A stretch of 64,000 bases of DNA from Calditrichia bacterium (GTDB lineage Bacteria; Calditrichota; Calditrichia; JAJRVZ01), in assembly GCA_963777955.1 (NCBI GenBank), contig CAVZSQ010000015.1:224001-288000 (forward strand), written 5' to 3'. The position numbers and the translations under genes were made by a program. Positions 23,408 through 33,812 of this stretch are shown piece by piece. Below the pieces are notes generated by a model, which saw nothing but the letters and a program-made list of their open reading frames with translations, did not search any database and was not told the origin of the DNA. Within the stretch, counting starts at the first letter, position 1. Each line of letters begins with the position of its first letter.

Positions 23408-23833
23408 GATCCGGAGAAATTCGATAAGCCGAATTCTGTATCCCGGTTACCCGGGACAGTAATCATTCATCTTGCCGGTCCATCACTGAACCGGTCACGC
23501 GATCTACCCAGGAGTCTGCTTGAGTTCAGCACGAAATGCGGCATTTCGTATTCCTCGATTAAAGAATTGCTCCTCTATTTGATCTTGCATCAGACAGGGT
23601 TTGTCGTGCCTTTGCCATTATGGTACCTCGTCAGAGGTATTCCCCGTGGAACAAAGCGGTGAGCTCTTACCTCACCTTTTCACCCTTATCCCGAGTTAAC
23701 GGGACGGTATGTTTTCTGTGACACTTTCCGTCCTCGAATCAACTTCGAAGCTCCTGAATTTCTCAGGATGTCTGCCCTTTGATGTTCGGACTTTCCTCTC
23801 CTTTCAGAGCGATTACTTGAATTTCTCCGGATC
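23408..23833 (-). ncRNA. rnpB: RNase P RNA (bacterial type A)
   Basis: Minus strand has GAGGAAAGUCCGAAC near the 5' end, ACAGAAAAC and GGGUGAAAAGG internally, and ACAGAAUUCGGCUUAU near the 3' end. A 15-bp P1 forms from GAUCCGGAGAAAUUC/GAAUUUCUCCGGAUC. Confidence 0.96.
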
Positions 23834-23849
23834 TATTTATTTTACTTAT

Positions 23850-24563
23850 TTATTCTGCATTTTTATCCCAGATCAGGATTCTGCCGCAGGATTCACAGTG
23901 GAACATCCGTTTCATCCCGCGAATCTCCACCACTGTCTGGGGAGGAATAAATGAATAGCACCCGCTGCAAACACCTCCATTGCAATAAGCGACGGCCATG
24001 CCCTTTTTAGCATCACGGATTCTCTCATAAGAATTGATCTGCTGGCTGGTTAAATGGTCGGCAACAATGCTGCGCTCCTGGCGTAAAAGATTTTCTTCTT
24101 CGGCCGATGCCGATATTTTTTCCTGCAATACGGCATTATTTTCATCAAATTCCTTCTTCAACTGAACCAATTCCTTCTCGATTGTTTCATTCGAACCTGA
24201 TAATTTTTCCATGGTCTCCTGGGAATGCAAAATCTTATTTTCAAGTTCCCGGATATTTTTCTTCACATTATCGGTTTCATTGGCTATGGCATCGTACTCT
24301 TTATTGGTTTTTACCTTATATAACTGGTTCTCGTATTTTTCCAGCTGATTATTATGGGTTTTTAATTCTAATTCCAATTTTTTTATTTCTACTTTTAGTT
24401 TGCTGAATTCTTCTTTCTGCGCTACCACCTGGTTTTGCCGTTCACTTATTTTATTCCGCAATTCTTCGACAATTCTGGGCAAATCTCCTTTTTCCTGCTG
24501 TACCTTGTCCAGTTTGAGATCAATTTCCTGTAACTCGATAAGAGAATACAATGTATTCTGCAA
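23850..24563 (-). CDS. Coiled-coil protein with a C4 zinc ribbon (CT398/HP0958-like)
   Basis: LIELQEID start, KTNKEYDA, long coiled coil, CSGC...CESCGRIL. Confidence 0.88.
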   Translation of the reverse strand: MQNTLYSLIELQEIDLKLDKVQQEKGDLPRIVEELRNKISERQNQVVAQKEEFSKLKVEIKKLELELKTHNNQLEKYENQLYKVKTNKEYDAIANETDNVKKNIRELENKILHSQETMEKLSGSNETIEKELVQLKKEFDENNAVLQEKISASAEEENLLRQERSIVADHLTSQQINSYERIRDAKKGMAVAYCNGGVCSGCYSFIPPQTVVEIRGMKRMFHCESCGRILIWDKNAE

Positions 24564-24583
24564 CTTTTTCCTCCCGCAACGCT

Positions 24584-24620
24584 AAAAAAAAAGTGCAACC
24601 AGCCGGTTTGCACTTTTTTT
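24584..24620. terminator. Bidirectional intrinsic terminator downstream of the tRNA
   Basis: A9-GTGCAACC-AGCC-GGTTTGCAC-T7. Confidence 0.75.
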
Positions 24621-24686
24621 AAACTGTATACTGAATCAGATTACTTGTCTTGTTAGTTTTTGTTCCCATAAGTACAGTCAAAATTG

Positions 24687-24760
24687 TGGGCCCACAGGGA
24701 CTTGAACCCCGGACCAGCCGATTATGAGTCGGCTGCTCTAACCAGCTGAGCTATGGGCCC
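24687..24760 (-). tRNA. tRNA-Ile2 (CAU, lysidine type); CCA not encoded
   Basis: GGGCCCA TA GCTC AGCTGGTTA GAGC A GCCGA CTCATAA TCGGC TGGTC CGGGG TTCAAGT CCCTG TGGGCCC A forms a full cloverleaf. A paired G1-C72 and no triple G-C anticodon stem rule out the initiator; the overall pattern resembles Ile2 more than elongator Met. Confidence 0.9.
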
Positions 24761-24799
24761 CTTTTTCGTTATTTAGTGACCTCAAATCAGGCGATTGTT

Positions 24800-24828
24800 A
24801 ATTTAATTGTAAACCCTTAAAAAATCAA
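24800..24828 (-). promoter_or_regulatory. Putative tRNA promoter (TTGATT-17-TAAATT)
   Basis: -35 at 24823-24828, -10 at 24800-24805, about 40 nt upstream of the tRNA. Confidence 0.55.
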
Positions 24829-27272
24829 GCCTTGCCTGATCTTTTACTGCTTTCCGGGTTGACCATGATCATGTTCTGCTCAACAGTGTTACTGAAACGC
24901 TTCAATTGTTCAATGCCCTGCTTTACTCCTACGACCAGATAGGGAGCCCTCATAACTTTGTTATCATTGCGGACTTTAATATCTTCAGTTGTTGCTGAAA
25001 TATGTATCAAAAGATTACAATCAGCAGGCATTTTATTTTGTTCTGTAAAAAAATATTTTGGTTGAAAGGCAAAATACTCATAAAAAAAATCCTGTATATA
25101 AGAAAATTGTCCTTTAAGGACAGTAGCGATCGCTACCGCCAGGCACCCGGAACTGTTCATAACAGAATAATAAAAAAGTTTTTCCCAAAATGGATTAGGG
25201 CAGCAAGTGAACTCCATGGTCTGCTTCAGGTTTTTTACGCTGAAGGTCACTGCGCGCACCGTTGCCGGAATGTTTAGTGAACTCCGGATACCATGCTGAT
25301 GGCTGCCACTCAGACAGTGCTGCCGCGAACCATAACTAAAATTGATCTGGTCAATAAACTGATTGTGGCGATTTTTTGACCAGCCCGCCAGTTGGATCTG
25401 CCGGACAGCGTGCCGCGGCCATAAATGCATCTCGCGGCCCTGCCGGTCCCAGATTTTTATCAGCATTTCGGGATCTGTATTTTTTACCTCGTGATAGTGA
25501 ATCATTTTCTGATGGGCCGGCCAATCGCTGACCTGGCCATCTATGCTTAAATCTGCAGTACTCTTTCTTTTCTGAATGGTGATTTGGTACCGCCGCTTTT
25601 TAAATATCCACCTGAACCTTATGTCGCTGCACTGTACTTCTGCTTTAGGCCACAGCCAGGGCCAGGAAACTCTATAACCGGAACTGTGTATTTCCATGCG
25701 TTGGTCGGTCGGGGTATGCTGCGGATAAAATGGTACATCAGCATAAACCGAAATTTGGTGCTGACCGCTATCCACAAAACAGTGAATCCTTTTATCAATC
25801 CTGAAGCGGAATTTATCAGCTGAAACATACTGTACATAGAAACGTTGGCCGAATCTGCTCAGACGCAATGAACTCTGATCAAATAAATTTAAATTCTTGC
25901 CGGTATAATTTTGCTGGGACCCGTCCTTAAAATTAAAGGCTGAATCCGTATTAAAACGCTTTTGTATTTGTTGCTGCAAAAGAACAAACAGACGTAGAAG
26001 CGGGACAGTTACTTTCTCCTCAATCTTACCGGCTAATGTGTTAGCAAATGGGAAATCATGATAAAGACTGAGCAGATACAGAATTATAAATTTTTCCGGA
26101 TTCGATTTTAATTCCCTGATCAATCTGCTTTCAAACAGCGGCAATGATAAGCGGTTCCAGCAGCGTTGAACAGTATCGGCTGTGATGTCGCTGGCGACTC
26201 CGCCTGAAAAATAACTCCGGTACAGAATCTGCTCTGCACTTAATTCAGCGCTGTTTGTTTCTGCGCAACCGGAATTCTCCAGGCAACCCCGGAAAAGATC
26301 GTCAGCATCGAATTCCGCACCCGGCAGGGCGTGTTCAGCAACCTCTGTACTTAAAGAATTTCTGAGGCGGTAAAATATAAACAGCAACCGGGAAGATTTT
26401 TTAACTGTATTAAAATTGTCCTGCAGCGCCTGGTGGATTTCCCGCAGCAATTTCCAGTTATTGAAATAGAGGGCAATTTCAACCGCCCAGGTCAGTATCA
26501 GTTGATAACGTTGTGGATTATTTAATATTGTCCGGGCGATGTTCCAATCGGGAGTTATCGCTTTTTGCCGTGTCCACCATTCATCAAGTTCACGCTGAAC
26601 CGTACGATCGTTAGTGGAATAATAATTTCTGATATGTTGGTGATCTGCCGTCGCGGTTAAAGATTTAAGTAATTCATAAATGGGTGTGTCGAATGCTGTG
26701 CTGGCCGGATCATCGTTCAGAGAAATGGCCACCAGCAGATAAGCAATTTGCTTGGAAGCGGAGTGGGTTTTTAGTATTAATTCATTTTTCCCGCTCCCCA
26801 GCTGAAGGTCAGACTGAGTCGCCCAGCAATAATTACCGGTCTGAAAAACATTCTGACGAAGTTCCAGCACAGTTTCTGATTCGGGAAAAGAAATATGTAC
26901 AGTCTGCTCAGATTCCTGTTTCTGTATAATAAACATCCGGTATAATTTTACATCCTTGCCCCAGTCATAAAAATCGATAATATCGGCTATAAAGGAAGGT
27001 GAACTGAGATAGGAATGATAAAAAGGAGTACCGGCAATCCTTTTTATGGAGCCCAGAACTGTTGCTGATCCATCTTTAACGGGAATAGAAAATACTGCCT
27101 GTTGGGGCGCTTGCTGATCCGATTGCAAAGTAACCTGCAGCGGATTGGTTATTCCCAGTGTATCGTGCTGCAGCAACAATGACAATTCAAGACCGCCGAT
27201 TTCAATTTGATTGTTGCGGCAATCCGGACTGTTAAATGTTTTTTCTGCAATCCATTTTTGAATGGTTTCCAA
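24825..27272 (-). CDS. Large hypothetical protein (815 aa)
   Basis: Long uninterrupted ORF co-oriented with its neighbours; no motif I can assign. Confidence 0.7.
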   Translation of the reverse strand: METIQKWIAEKTFNSPDCRNNQIEIGGLELSLLLQHDTLGITNPLQVTLQSDQQAPQQAVFSIPVKDGSATVLGSIKRIAGTPFYHSYLSSPSFIADIIDFYDWGKDVKLYRMFIIQKQESEQTVHISFPESETVLELRQNVFQTGNYCWATQSDLQLGSGKNELILKTHSASKQIAYLLVAISLNDDPASTAFDTPIYELLKSLTATADHQHIRNYYSTNDRTVQRELDEWWTRQKAITPDWNIARTILNNPQRYQLILTWAVEIALYFNNWKLLREIHQALQDNFNTVKKSSRLLFIFYRLRNSLSTEVAEHALPGAEFDADDLFRGCLENSGCAETNSAELSAEQILYRSYFSGGVASDITADTVQRCWNRLSLPLFESRLIRELKSNPEKFIILYLLSLYHDFPFANTLAGKIEEKVTVPLLRLFVLLQQQIQKRFNTDSAFNFKDGSQQNYTGKNLNLFDQSSLRLSRFGQRFYVQYVSADKFRFRIDKRIHCFVDSGQHQISVYADVPFYPQHTPTDQRMEIHSSGYRVSWPWLWPKAEVQCSDIRFRWIFKKRRYQITIQKRKSTADLSIDGQVSDWPAHQKMIHYHEVKNTDPEMLIKIWDRQGREMHLWPRHAVRQIQLAGWSKNRHNQFIDQINFSYGSRQHCLSGSHQHGIRSSLNIPATVRAVTFSVKNLKQTMEFTCCPNPFWEKLFYYSVMNSSGCLAVAIATVLKGQFSYIQDFFYEYFAFQPKYFFTEQNKMPADCNLLIHISATTEDIKVRNDNKVMRAPYLVVGVKQGIEQLKRFSNTVEQNMIMVNPESSKRSGKA

Positions 27273-27331
27273 ATCCGGCCTGATTGAATTTATATTTTCG
27301 GCTATAGGAATATTGCTTATCCACCTGTTCT

Positions 27332-28639
27332 TTATAGCAGCAGGCGCCTGATGTCAAGATAAAGAACGTAGACTATCAGGCTAAATAATATTGCCATACC
27401 GATCTGTTGTACTACCAGTTTGACTTTTACTGATAACGGTTTCCGGGTAATAGCCTCGATCAACAAAAAGGAGAAATGCCCGCCATCGAGTGCCGGTATG
27501 GGCAGAATATTTATAACAGCCAGGATCGCACTCAGCGAAGCGATCAAGGTCCATAACGCTTCCCAGCCTATTTTGGCGGCTTCGCCGGCAATTTTACCGA
27601 TAGTAATCGGTCCGCCGAGAAGTTCACTGGCTGGTTTGGCTCCGCTCAGTACCCACCAGAAACTTTTTATATTTAAGGCGATTAAATTAATTGTATCGTC
27701 TAGGCCATTAATAACAGCTTTTGGCAAAGTAACCTGATGGTACTCCACATACGCTTCCACACCAATTTTTCCAACGGTAATTGAATCACCTTCATTTACT
27801 GACTGTGGTGCGAGCCGGGCACTAAATGTTTCCCCGTTGCGGTACCAGCTCACCAGGATGGTGTCGGCGGGATGACTGCGAATAAGGTTGGTCATCTCTA
27901 ACCAGTTCTTAACCGGAGTGCCGGCGATTTGTACTATTTCATCACCGTATCTCAAACCCGCCCGTGCTGCGGGCATACCCGGAACGACCTTACCCACTCG
28001 CGCCGAAGACATATAACCGATGTCAAGAAATTCCGCATTTTTATCTTTAAACCATTCTTGCTGATATTTGAGTTCCATATCCTGGTTAGCGCGACTGATT
28101 TTAAATACTATATCCCGGTTCAGGTTGTTAATAAATTCCCGGTTGACCGCTTCCCAGTTTTTGACCTCGACTCCATTAATAGCCAGTATCCGGTCTCCCA
28201 CCTTAAATCCAATACGCTGGGAGATACCCTCCGATCCAACTATACCAATTTCAGTAAAGGGCGTAATTTTTTCACCCTGTACATAATTCAGAATGGTTAA
28301 CACCAGGATCGCCAATAATAAATTCATGACCACACCGGCGACAATTATAATCATTCGTTTCCACACGGGTTTGGAATTGAACTCATAGTCTGCACCGGTA
28401 AGTTTGGTATCCATACTTTCATCGATCATGCCCGACATCTTGACATATCCACCGATTGGAATTGCCGAGATGCAATAATCGGTATCCCCTATTTTACGGC
28501 CAAAGAGCCTGGGTGGAAATCCGATCGAAAATCTTTCTACCCTTACCCCCATCCACTTGGCGGCCAGGAAATGACCCAATTCATGAATGAGCACCAGGAT
28601 TCCAAAAACAAAAATGATCGCTAATATAGTTATACCCAT
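27332..28639 (-). CDS. rseP: RIP (site-2) metalloprotease RseP
   Basis: HELGH, GGYVKM, two PDZ domains and NILPIPALDGGH. Confidence 0.95.
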   Translation of the reverse strand: MGITILAIIFVFGILVLIHELGHFLAAKWMGVRVERFSIGFPPRLFGRKIGDTDYCISAIPIGGYVKMSGMIDESMDTKLTGADYEFNSKPVWKRMIIIVAGVVMNLLLAILVLTILNYVQGEKITPFTEIGIVGSEGISQRIGFKVGDRILAINGVEVKNWEAVNREFINNLNRDIVFKISRANQDMELKYQQEWFKDKNAEFLDIGYMSSARVGKVVPGMPAARAGLRYGDEIVQIAGTPVKNWLEMTNLIRSHPADTILVSWYRNGETFSARLAPQSVNEGDSITVGKIGVEAYVEYHQVTLPKAVINGLDDTINLIALNIKSFWWVLSGAKPASELLGGPITIGKIAGEAAKIGWEALWTLIASLSAILAVINILPIPALDGGHFSFLLIEAITRKPLSVKVKLVVQQIGMAILFSLIVYVLYLDIRRLLL

Positions 28640-28680
28640 CTCTAACCTGCTTTCAGCATAATTTCCTGTTTAGAATAACG

Positions 28681-29851
28681 TCAATTTTTGACATTTTGTT
28701 TCCGCGCGATGATTTCCCGGGCATTTTTACGGGCCTGCTGATCAGCGCTGATACAATCATCCAGGGTGCGGATTTCCTGCGCCTGATGAGCGGCCAGTAC
28801 CGTTTCAATAATATGGGGTATATCAAGAAAACCGATCTCATGGCCGAGAAATGCAGCGACAGCGATTTCATTAGCAGCATTCATGGCCGCGGGATAGGTC
28901 TTGCCCGCTTGCAGGGCCTGATAGGCCAAGGCCAGACAGGGAAATTTTTCAAAATCCGGCGGCTCAAAGGTCAAAGGCTGCATGCTTGTATAAATCCATT
29001 TGTAATTGCTTCATTGGCAGGCGTTCCGGATAACTCAGAGCATACTGGATGGGAATTTTCATATCCGGTACACCCAGTTGTGCCTTAATTGACTGATCGG
29101 CAAATTCAACCATTGAATGAATGATCGACTGCGGATGAATGACCACCTCGATTTTTTCAGCCGGGACATTGTACAGCCAGTGGGCTTCGATCACTTCCAG
29201 CCCTTTGTTCATTAAAGTAGCAGAATCAATGGTTATTTTTGCTCCCATCTTCCAGTTAGGATGATCCAGGGCCTGTTCCGGTGTTACTTCTCTGAGCTGC
29301 ATTCTGTCTGTATTTCTGAAAGGACCGCCGGATGCAGTCAGGATAATACGTTTAATTTCATTTTGTTCCTCTCCGCGCAGACACTGCCAGATTGCACTGT
29401 GCTCACTGTCAATGGGTAATAATTGCACCTGCTGACGTTGCAGCAGGGTCTTGATTAGTTGCCCCGCAACCACCAGTGTTTCTTTATTTGCCAGTGCTAT
29501 GGCACTACCATACTGAATGGCCTGGATCGTCGGTCGAAGTCCTGCGAAACCGACAAAAGCATTTAAGAAAATATCCGGACGACAGACCTGTAAAACCTCG
29601 TCCAGTCCTTCGCTTCCGTACTTTAATATCGTCCGGCCGGACTGCCTGATCTCTCCGCACTGTCTGAAAGCGTCAAGATTATAAATGACCGCATATTCCG
29701 GCGTAAACTGTTTAATTTGTTCGAACAGCAGGTCGATGTTCTGATTGGTAACCAGGGTGCTTATCCGGAATTTATCCGGATGCGCCCGTACGACTTCAAG
29801 TGTACTTTTCCCGATAGAACCGGTTGAACCGAGTAGAAATATTTTTTTCAT
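28681..29851 (-). CDS. dxr: 1-deoxy-D-xylulose 5-phosphate reductoisomerase, split by one frameshift near 28983
   Basis: [36 protein letters not shown] and NKGLEVIEA in the first ORF; LTFEPPD and MNAANEIAV in the second. Deleting t28983 gives MDLYKLQPLTFE. Confidence 0.95.
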
Positions 29852-29893
29852 TATCATGTTCCAGTATGACCATGGGATAGCAGCGCTGATCCA

Positions 29894-30775
29894 TCAGAAT
29901 GAAATCATCAAGCCGCCGGCGATTGAATTATAAAATCCCAGATTATAATCAAGATGTACATTCAGGATCATCAGGGTGTAACTTAAACCCAGGCACATCC
30001 GCCAGATGTTTTCCCCATCCATCGAGATTACACCGATGGCATTGTTGCCGACCCCCTCCAGCCTGGCAGTGTCAAACTTCAAGGCGGTTATTTCATAACC
30101 CAATCCACCATAAAATTCCAGTGATTTATTCAATACAGGACCGGAAGCCTGGATATTCATACCGAAAGTAGCGGAATTCAACCAGCTTTCAACCTTCATC
30201 GTCTGATAAATCGCCTGGACACTGACATTAAGCGCCATCAGGTATTTGGGCAGCATATCGGTAAATCCGAATTTAATCCCGGTTCCCAGCAAACGAATAT
30301 CACCAATTTCTTTCCAGTGGTACTGCGATCCACGGATTAAGAATTCCACATTCGAAGTCAGACCTAAATTTAACTGGAGTTGAGGAAGATAAAACTCCTT
30401 TAATCCGCTGCCTGAAATTCCACTTGTATCTGCGGCCGTCGAAGATTCACCTCCCAGGAAGGTCGGTTTCAGTTCTCCACTGAATCGGAAGGTTTTTGCT
30501 TCTGTTGGAATTTTCAGGTAAACAGCTGTCAGGCCAAGATCCAGATGTGGAAATTGCTTGATATAACCGCGGTGAAAAAGCCCTCCGGACATGGCTGAAC
30601 CGAAAACATTTACCAGGGATTGTGTATAGCCGGTCAGGTAGTTTTGTCCAAGCCGGTTATTCAGAATAGCGGCTAATTCAGTTTCAAGATCATTTTGTTC
30701 CTGGGCCAGCAAGCTCCCGGAATTACCGGTAAAAAATATCCCCCCTAATACAATCAGTATACCTATGCGTTTCAT
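29894..30775 (-). CDS. Secreted, probable outer-membrane beta-barrel protein (DUF6588-like)
   Basis: Signal peptide, amphipathic strands, C-terminal GLMISF. The family name is from recalled motif resemblance only. Confidence 0.55.
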   Translation of the reverse strand: MKRIGILIVLGGIFFTGNSGSLLAQEQNDLETELAAILNNRLGQNYLTGYTQSLVNVFGSAMSGGLFHRGYIKQFPHLDLGLTAVYLKIPTEAKTFRFSGELKPTFLGGESSTAADTSGISGSGLKEFYLPQLQLNLGLTSNVEFLIRGSQYHWKEIGDIRLLGTGIKFGFTDMLPKYLMALNVSVQAIYQTMKVESWLNSATFGMNIQASGPVLNKSLEFYGGLGYEITALKFDTARLEGVGNNAIGVISMDGENIWRMCLGLSYTLMILNVHLDYNLGFYNSIAGGLMISF

Positions 30776-30821
30776 AACTAATCTTTCCGCTCAGAAATCA
30801 TTCAACTTTGCTGGATTAAAA

Positions 30822-31637
30822 TTACAGTGGTATTATAAAATTCCGGACTTTTGTTCTTTCCGTTTCGGTTACATCTTTAAAATTTATAGAAATAGTAAGT
30901 GATAATTCAAGCTGTTTTATCATAGATTCTATTATTTTTTCAGTACTTATATGATCAGGTCTGATCTGCCCCAGTGTCATGGTCTTGGTGTCAATTTCTG
31001 CCATAATGCGTTCACGCTGTTGCGTTGAACTGCTGATGAATTCAGTCAGACGAGCGTGAGTGTTCCCGAGTAAAATAGAACCGTGCTGCAGAATGCAGTT
31101 CGGATAGATTCTCTGAGCACTGCCTGCCACTTTTTTCCCCTGGTATTGGATCTCACTGTAGGCTGAATGAGTAAAACATAAGAAATCCTCGGCCGCGGCC
31201 CGTGGAGTCGGGAGCTGAGTATGTAACTGCTGCGGAGTTACAGAAAAACCCAGTGATTGCAGAGCTGCAGTAATTACACCATGCAGGAATTCATATAATT
31301 CCCGTGGTGGCATAAAATCCGGAGCAAATACAGCACTGTAGGTCAATTCCTCGGCGTGCAAAATTGCCCTTCCGCCGGTTGGACGGCGGACCATGTCATA
31401 TCCTGCCTGTGTTAACCGCTGTTTCAGACTAAGATCGGCGGCCTGGTGAAAACCCAGGGAAAGACAGAATGGCTGCCAGCCATAAAAACGGATAATGCCT
31501 GAATCGTGCCGGTCAAAACTGCTGGCCAGATAATGATCAAAGGCCATATTAAACTGACCGGTGTATGATTGGTAGGGTATGTACCGTATTTTTAAGACAG
31601 GAGTACGATCAGGTTTTGCGGATGACACCACGCTCAC
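30822..31637 (-). CDS. Lipoate-protein ligase / LipM-like octanoyltransferase
   Basis: NMAFD, RFYGW, SLGFHQ, RRPTGGRAILH, KKVAGSAQ and LQHGSI. Confidence 0.88.
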   Translation of the reverse strand: MSVVSSAKPDRTPVLKIRYIPYQSYTGQFNMAFDHYLASSFDRHDSGIIRFYGWQPFCLSLGFHQAADLSLKQRLTQAGYDMVRRPTGGRAILHAEELTYSAVFAPDFMPPRELYEFLHGVITAALQSLGFSVTPQQLHTQLPTPRAAAEDFLCFTHSAYSEIQYQGKKVAGSAQRIYPNCILQHGSILLGNTHARLTEFISSSTQQRERIMAEIDTKTMTLGQIRPDHISTEKIIESMIKQLELSLTISINFKDVTETERTKVRNFIIPL

Positions 31638-32385
31638 ACGATTTGATAAAAGTCAGAATATACTGAATCTCAGGGCTGGGCGGTAATTCATCTTCGATTT
31701 TTTGCAGCGCTTCTTTAAGCAGCAGTTTGGATTGAAACAAAAAACGATAGGCCTTTTTTATCTGGTGCATTGTTTCCGGGGTAAAACCACGGCGGCGCAA
31801 ACCGATCACATTCAATCCACCATAGCGGATAGGTTCGCCCAGGGCCAGGATATAAGGCGGAATATCCTTGGGTATTTTGCAGCCTCCGGCGATGAAGCAA
31901 TGACTGCCGATTTTTACGAACTGGTGAATTGGTACTAATCCGCCGATTCCTACAAAGTCTCCCACGGTTACATGTCCGGCCATGTTCACGCTGTTTGCAA
32001 TTATTGAATTATTACCGATACTGCAGTCATGCGCGACATGCGAATAGGCCATTAATAGACAGTTACTGCCGATAACGGTTTTCCAGTGATCGGTGGTACC
32101 GCGATTAAGGGTGGCATATTCTCTGACTGTGGTATTCTCGCCTATTTCCAGGATTGTTTTTTCACCTTTGAATTTCAGATCCTGAGGACGGGTGCCCAAC
32201 ACCGCGCCATGATGAATTATACACCCTTTACCCAGACGGGTACCGGCTGCGAGCAGAACATGGGATCCAATTTTGCACCCGGATGCGATCCGGACATCAT
32301 CTTCCACGACTGTAAAAGGCCCGATTTCTACCTGGTCGGCAATTTCTGCACCCGGATTTATGATTGCTGAAGTATGAATACTCAT
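31609..32385 (-). CDS. lpxA: UDP-N-acetylglucosamine acyltransferase
   Basis: Hexapeptide repeats, PQDLKF, MAYSHVAHDC, IHQFVKIG and GLNVIGLRRRGF. Confidence 0.96.
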   Translation of the reverse strand: MSIHTSAIINPGAEIADQVEIGPFTVVEDDVRIASGCKIGSHVLLAAGTRLGKGCIIHHGAVLGTRPQDLKFKGEKTILEIGENTTVREYATLNRGTTDHWKTVIGSNCLLMAYSHVAHDCSIGNNSIIANSVNMAGHVTVGDFVGIGGLVPIHQFVKIGSHCFIAGGCKIPKDIPPYILALGEPIRYGGLNVIGLRRRGFTPETMHQIKKAYRFLFQSKLLLKEALQKIEDELPPSPEIQYILTFIKSCERGVIRKT

Positions 32386-33812
32386 AGATTTACTCCTCCC
32401 TGCCGGTCGATAATTGCGGCCATCATCTCGGCCTCACAGACCAATTCGCCTTTTACAAATGCCTTGCCGGCCATTTTGAAGGTAGCGCTGCGCGCTTTCA
32501 GCATGGTCAGTTCCATTACCAACTGATCTCCTGGATACACCGCTTTGCGGAATCTTACCGCGTCCAGTCCCATGAACAGAACCAGTTTCGTTTCTATATC
32601 TTCGCCGTCTTTAAGCAACAGGATGCCGCCGGTCTGGGCCATTGCTTCTACGATTAAAACTCCGGGCATTATAGGACGGCCCGGAAAATGGCCGGTAAAA
32701 AATGGCTCGTTAAAACTGACATTTTTAATACCTACAATTCGTTTACCCGGTTCGAATTCAACCACGGTATCCACCAGTAAAAAAGGATAGCGATGGGGTA
32801 AGATCTTTTGTACTGCCACGTTGTCGAAAATTATACCCTTTAGTGCTACGTCCCGGTATTTCTTGGTAAGTTTTTGTTTTTTATAAATTGCCCTGATCAT
32901 CCGGGCAAATTCAATATTGCTCTGATGGCCCGGGCGGGCAGCCAGAATCTGGGCTTTAATGGGCGCACCGACCAGTGCCAGGTCGCCGATCAGGTCGAGT
33001 AGCTTATGACGGCATGGTTCATTTCTGAAGCGCAGGGGTTTATCGTTGAGAATACCCCCGCTGCTGCCGATTTGTACATCGGAAGTAATCGATAATTTAT
33101 TTTTCAGGTTTTTAACCTCAGCCTCACTCAATTCGCGGTCGACAATCACGATAGCGGTGTCCAGATCCCCGCCCTTGATCAAACCCTGGTTGATCAATCC
33201 TTCGACCTCATGCAGAAAGCAAAATGTACGCGAAGGAGCGAATTCGGTGATAAATTCCTTCTCCAGGGAAAACAGGCCGGTATGCTGACTGCCCAGGGCC
33301 GGATTTTTATAATCAATCATTACGGTAATCCGGTAGTCCTCCGTGGGCAAAGCGGCAAATTCAATTCCTCTTTTTTCATCACGGTAGGACAACGGTTCTT
33401 CTATCACCACAAAATTTCTGGTTTCATTCTGTTGTTCGATACCGGCTTCAATTAATTTATGCACGAAAGGCATGGAACTGCCGTCACCGATGGGCGGCTC
33501 ATTCGCGTTGATCTCAATGTGTATATTGTCTATCTGCAAACCGACAATGGCAGCCAGAACATGCTCGACGGTATGTACTTCCGCGCCGTTATTTGCAATT
33601 GTAGTTCCGCGTAAACTATCGACCGCGACGTTCTGCTTGACATTTTCGACCAGCGCCGGGATTTCCGGCTGATTGGGTAAGTCAACACGGAAAAAACGGA
33701 TGCCGTAATTTTCGGGGGCGGGCTTGAAGGTCAGGATCGTATCATTGCCGGTATGCAAACCGCGCCCGCGGTAAGAAATTGCTTTTTTTATTGTCTGTTG
33801 TTTTTCAATCAT
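32382..33812 (-). CDS. lpxC: Bifunctional LpxC deacetylase / FabZ dehydratase
   Basis: [13 protein letters not shown] and [11 protein letters not shown] (LpxC); [11 protein letters not shown] and [20 protein letters not shown] (FabZ). Confidence 0.96.
   Translation of the reverse strand: MIEKQQTIKKAISYRGRGLHTGNDTILTFKPAPENYGIRFFRVDLPNQPEIPALVENVKQNVAVDSLRGTTIANNGAEVHTVEHVLAAIVGLQIDNIHIEINANEPPIGDGSSMPFVHKLIEAGIEQQNETRNFVVIEEPLSYRDEKRGIEFAALPTEDYRITVMIDYKNPALGSQHTGLFSLEKEFITEFAPSRTFCFLHEVEGLINQGLIKGGDLDTAIVIVDRELSEAEVKNLKNKLSITSDVQIGSSGGILNDKPLRFRNEPCRHKLLDLIGDLALVGAPIKAQILAARPGHQSNIEFARMIRAIYKKQKLTKKYRDVALKGIIFDNVAVQKILPHRYPFLLVDTVVEFEPGKRIVGIKNVSFNEPFFTGHFPGRPIMPGVLIVEAMAQTGGILLLKDGEDIETKLVLFMGLDAVRFRKAVYPGDQLVMELTMLKARSATFKMAGKAFVKGELVCEAEMMAAIIDRQGGVNL

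Noticed and set aside
23405..23954. Plus-strand ORFs 23405..23662 and 23709..23954
   Set aside because: They are antisense to rnpB and the zinc-ribbon gene.
24687..24760. tRNA-Met (initiator or elongator)
   Set aside because: It lacks initiator hallmarks and resembles Ile2 overall; elongator Met cannot be fully excluded without a covariance model.
24687..27272. Genomic island integrated at the tRNA
   Set aside because: No integrase and no duplicated tRNA 3' end seen. The orphan gene lies on the tRNA 5' side and core genes flank the 3' side.
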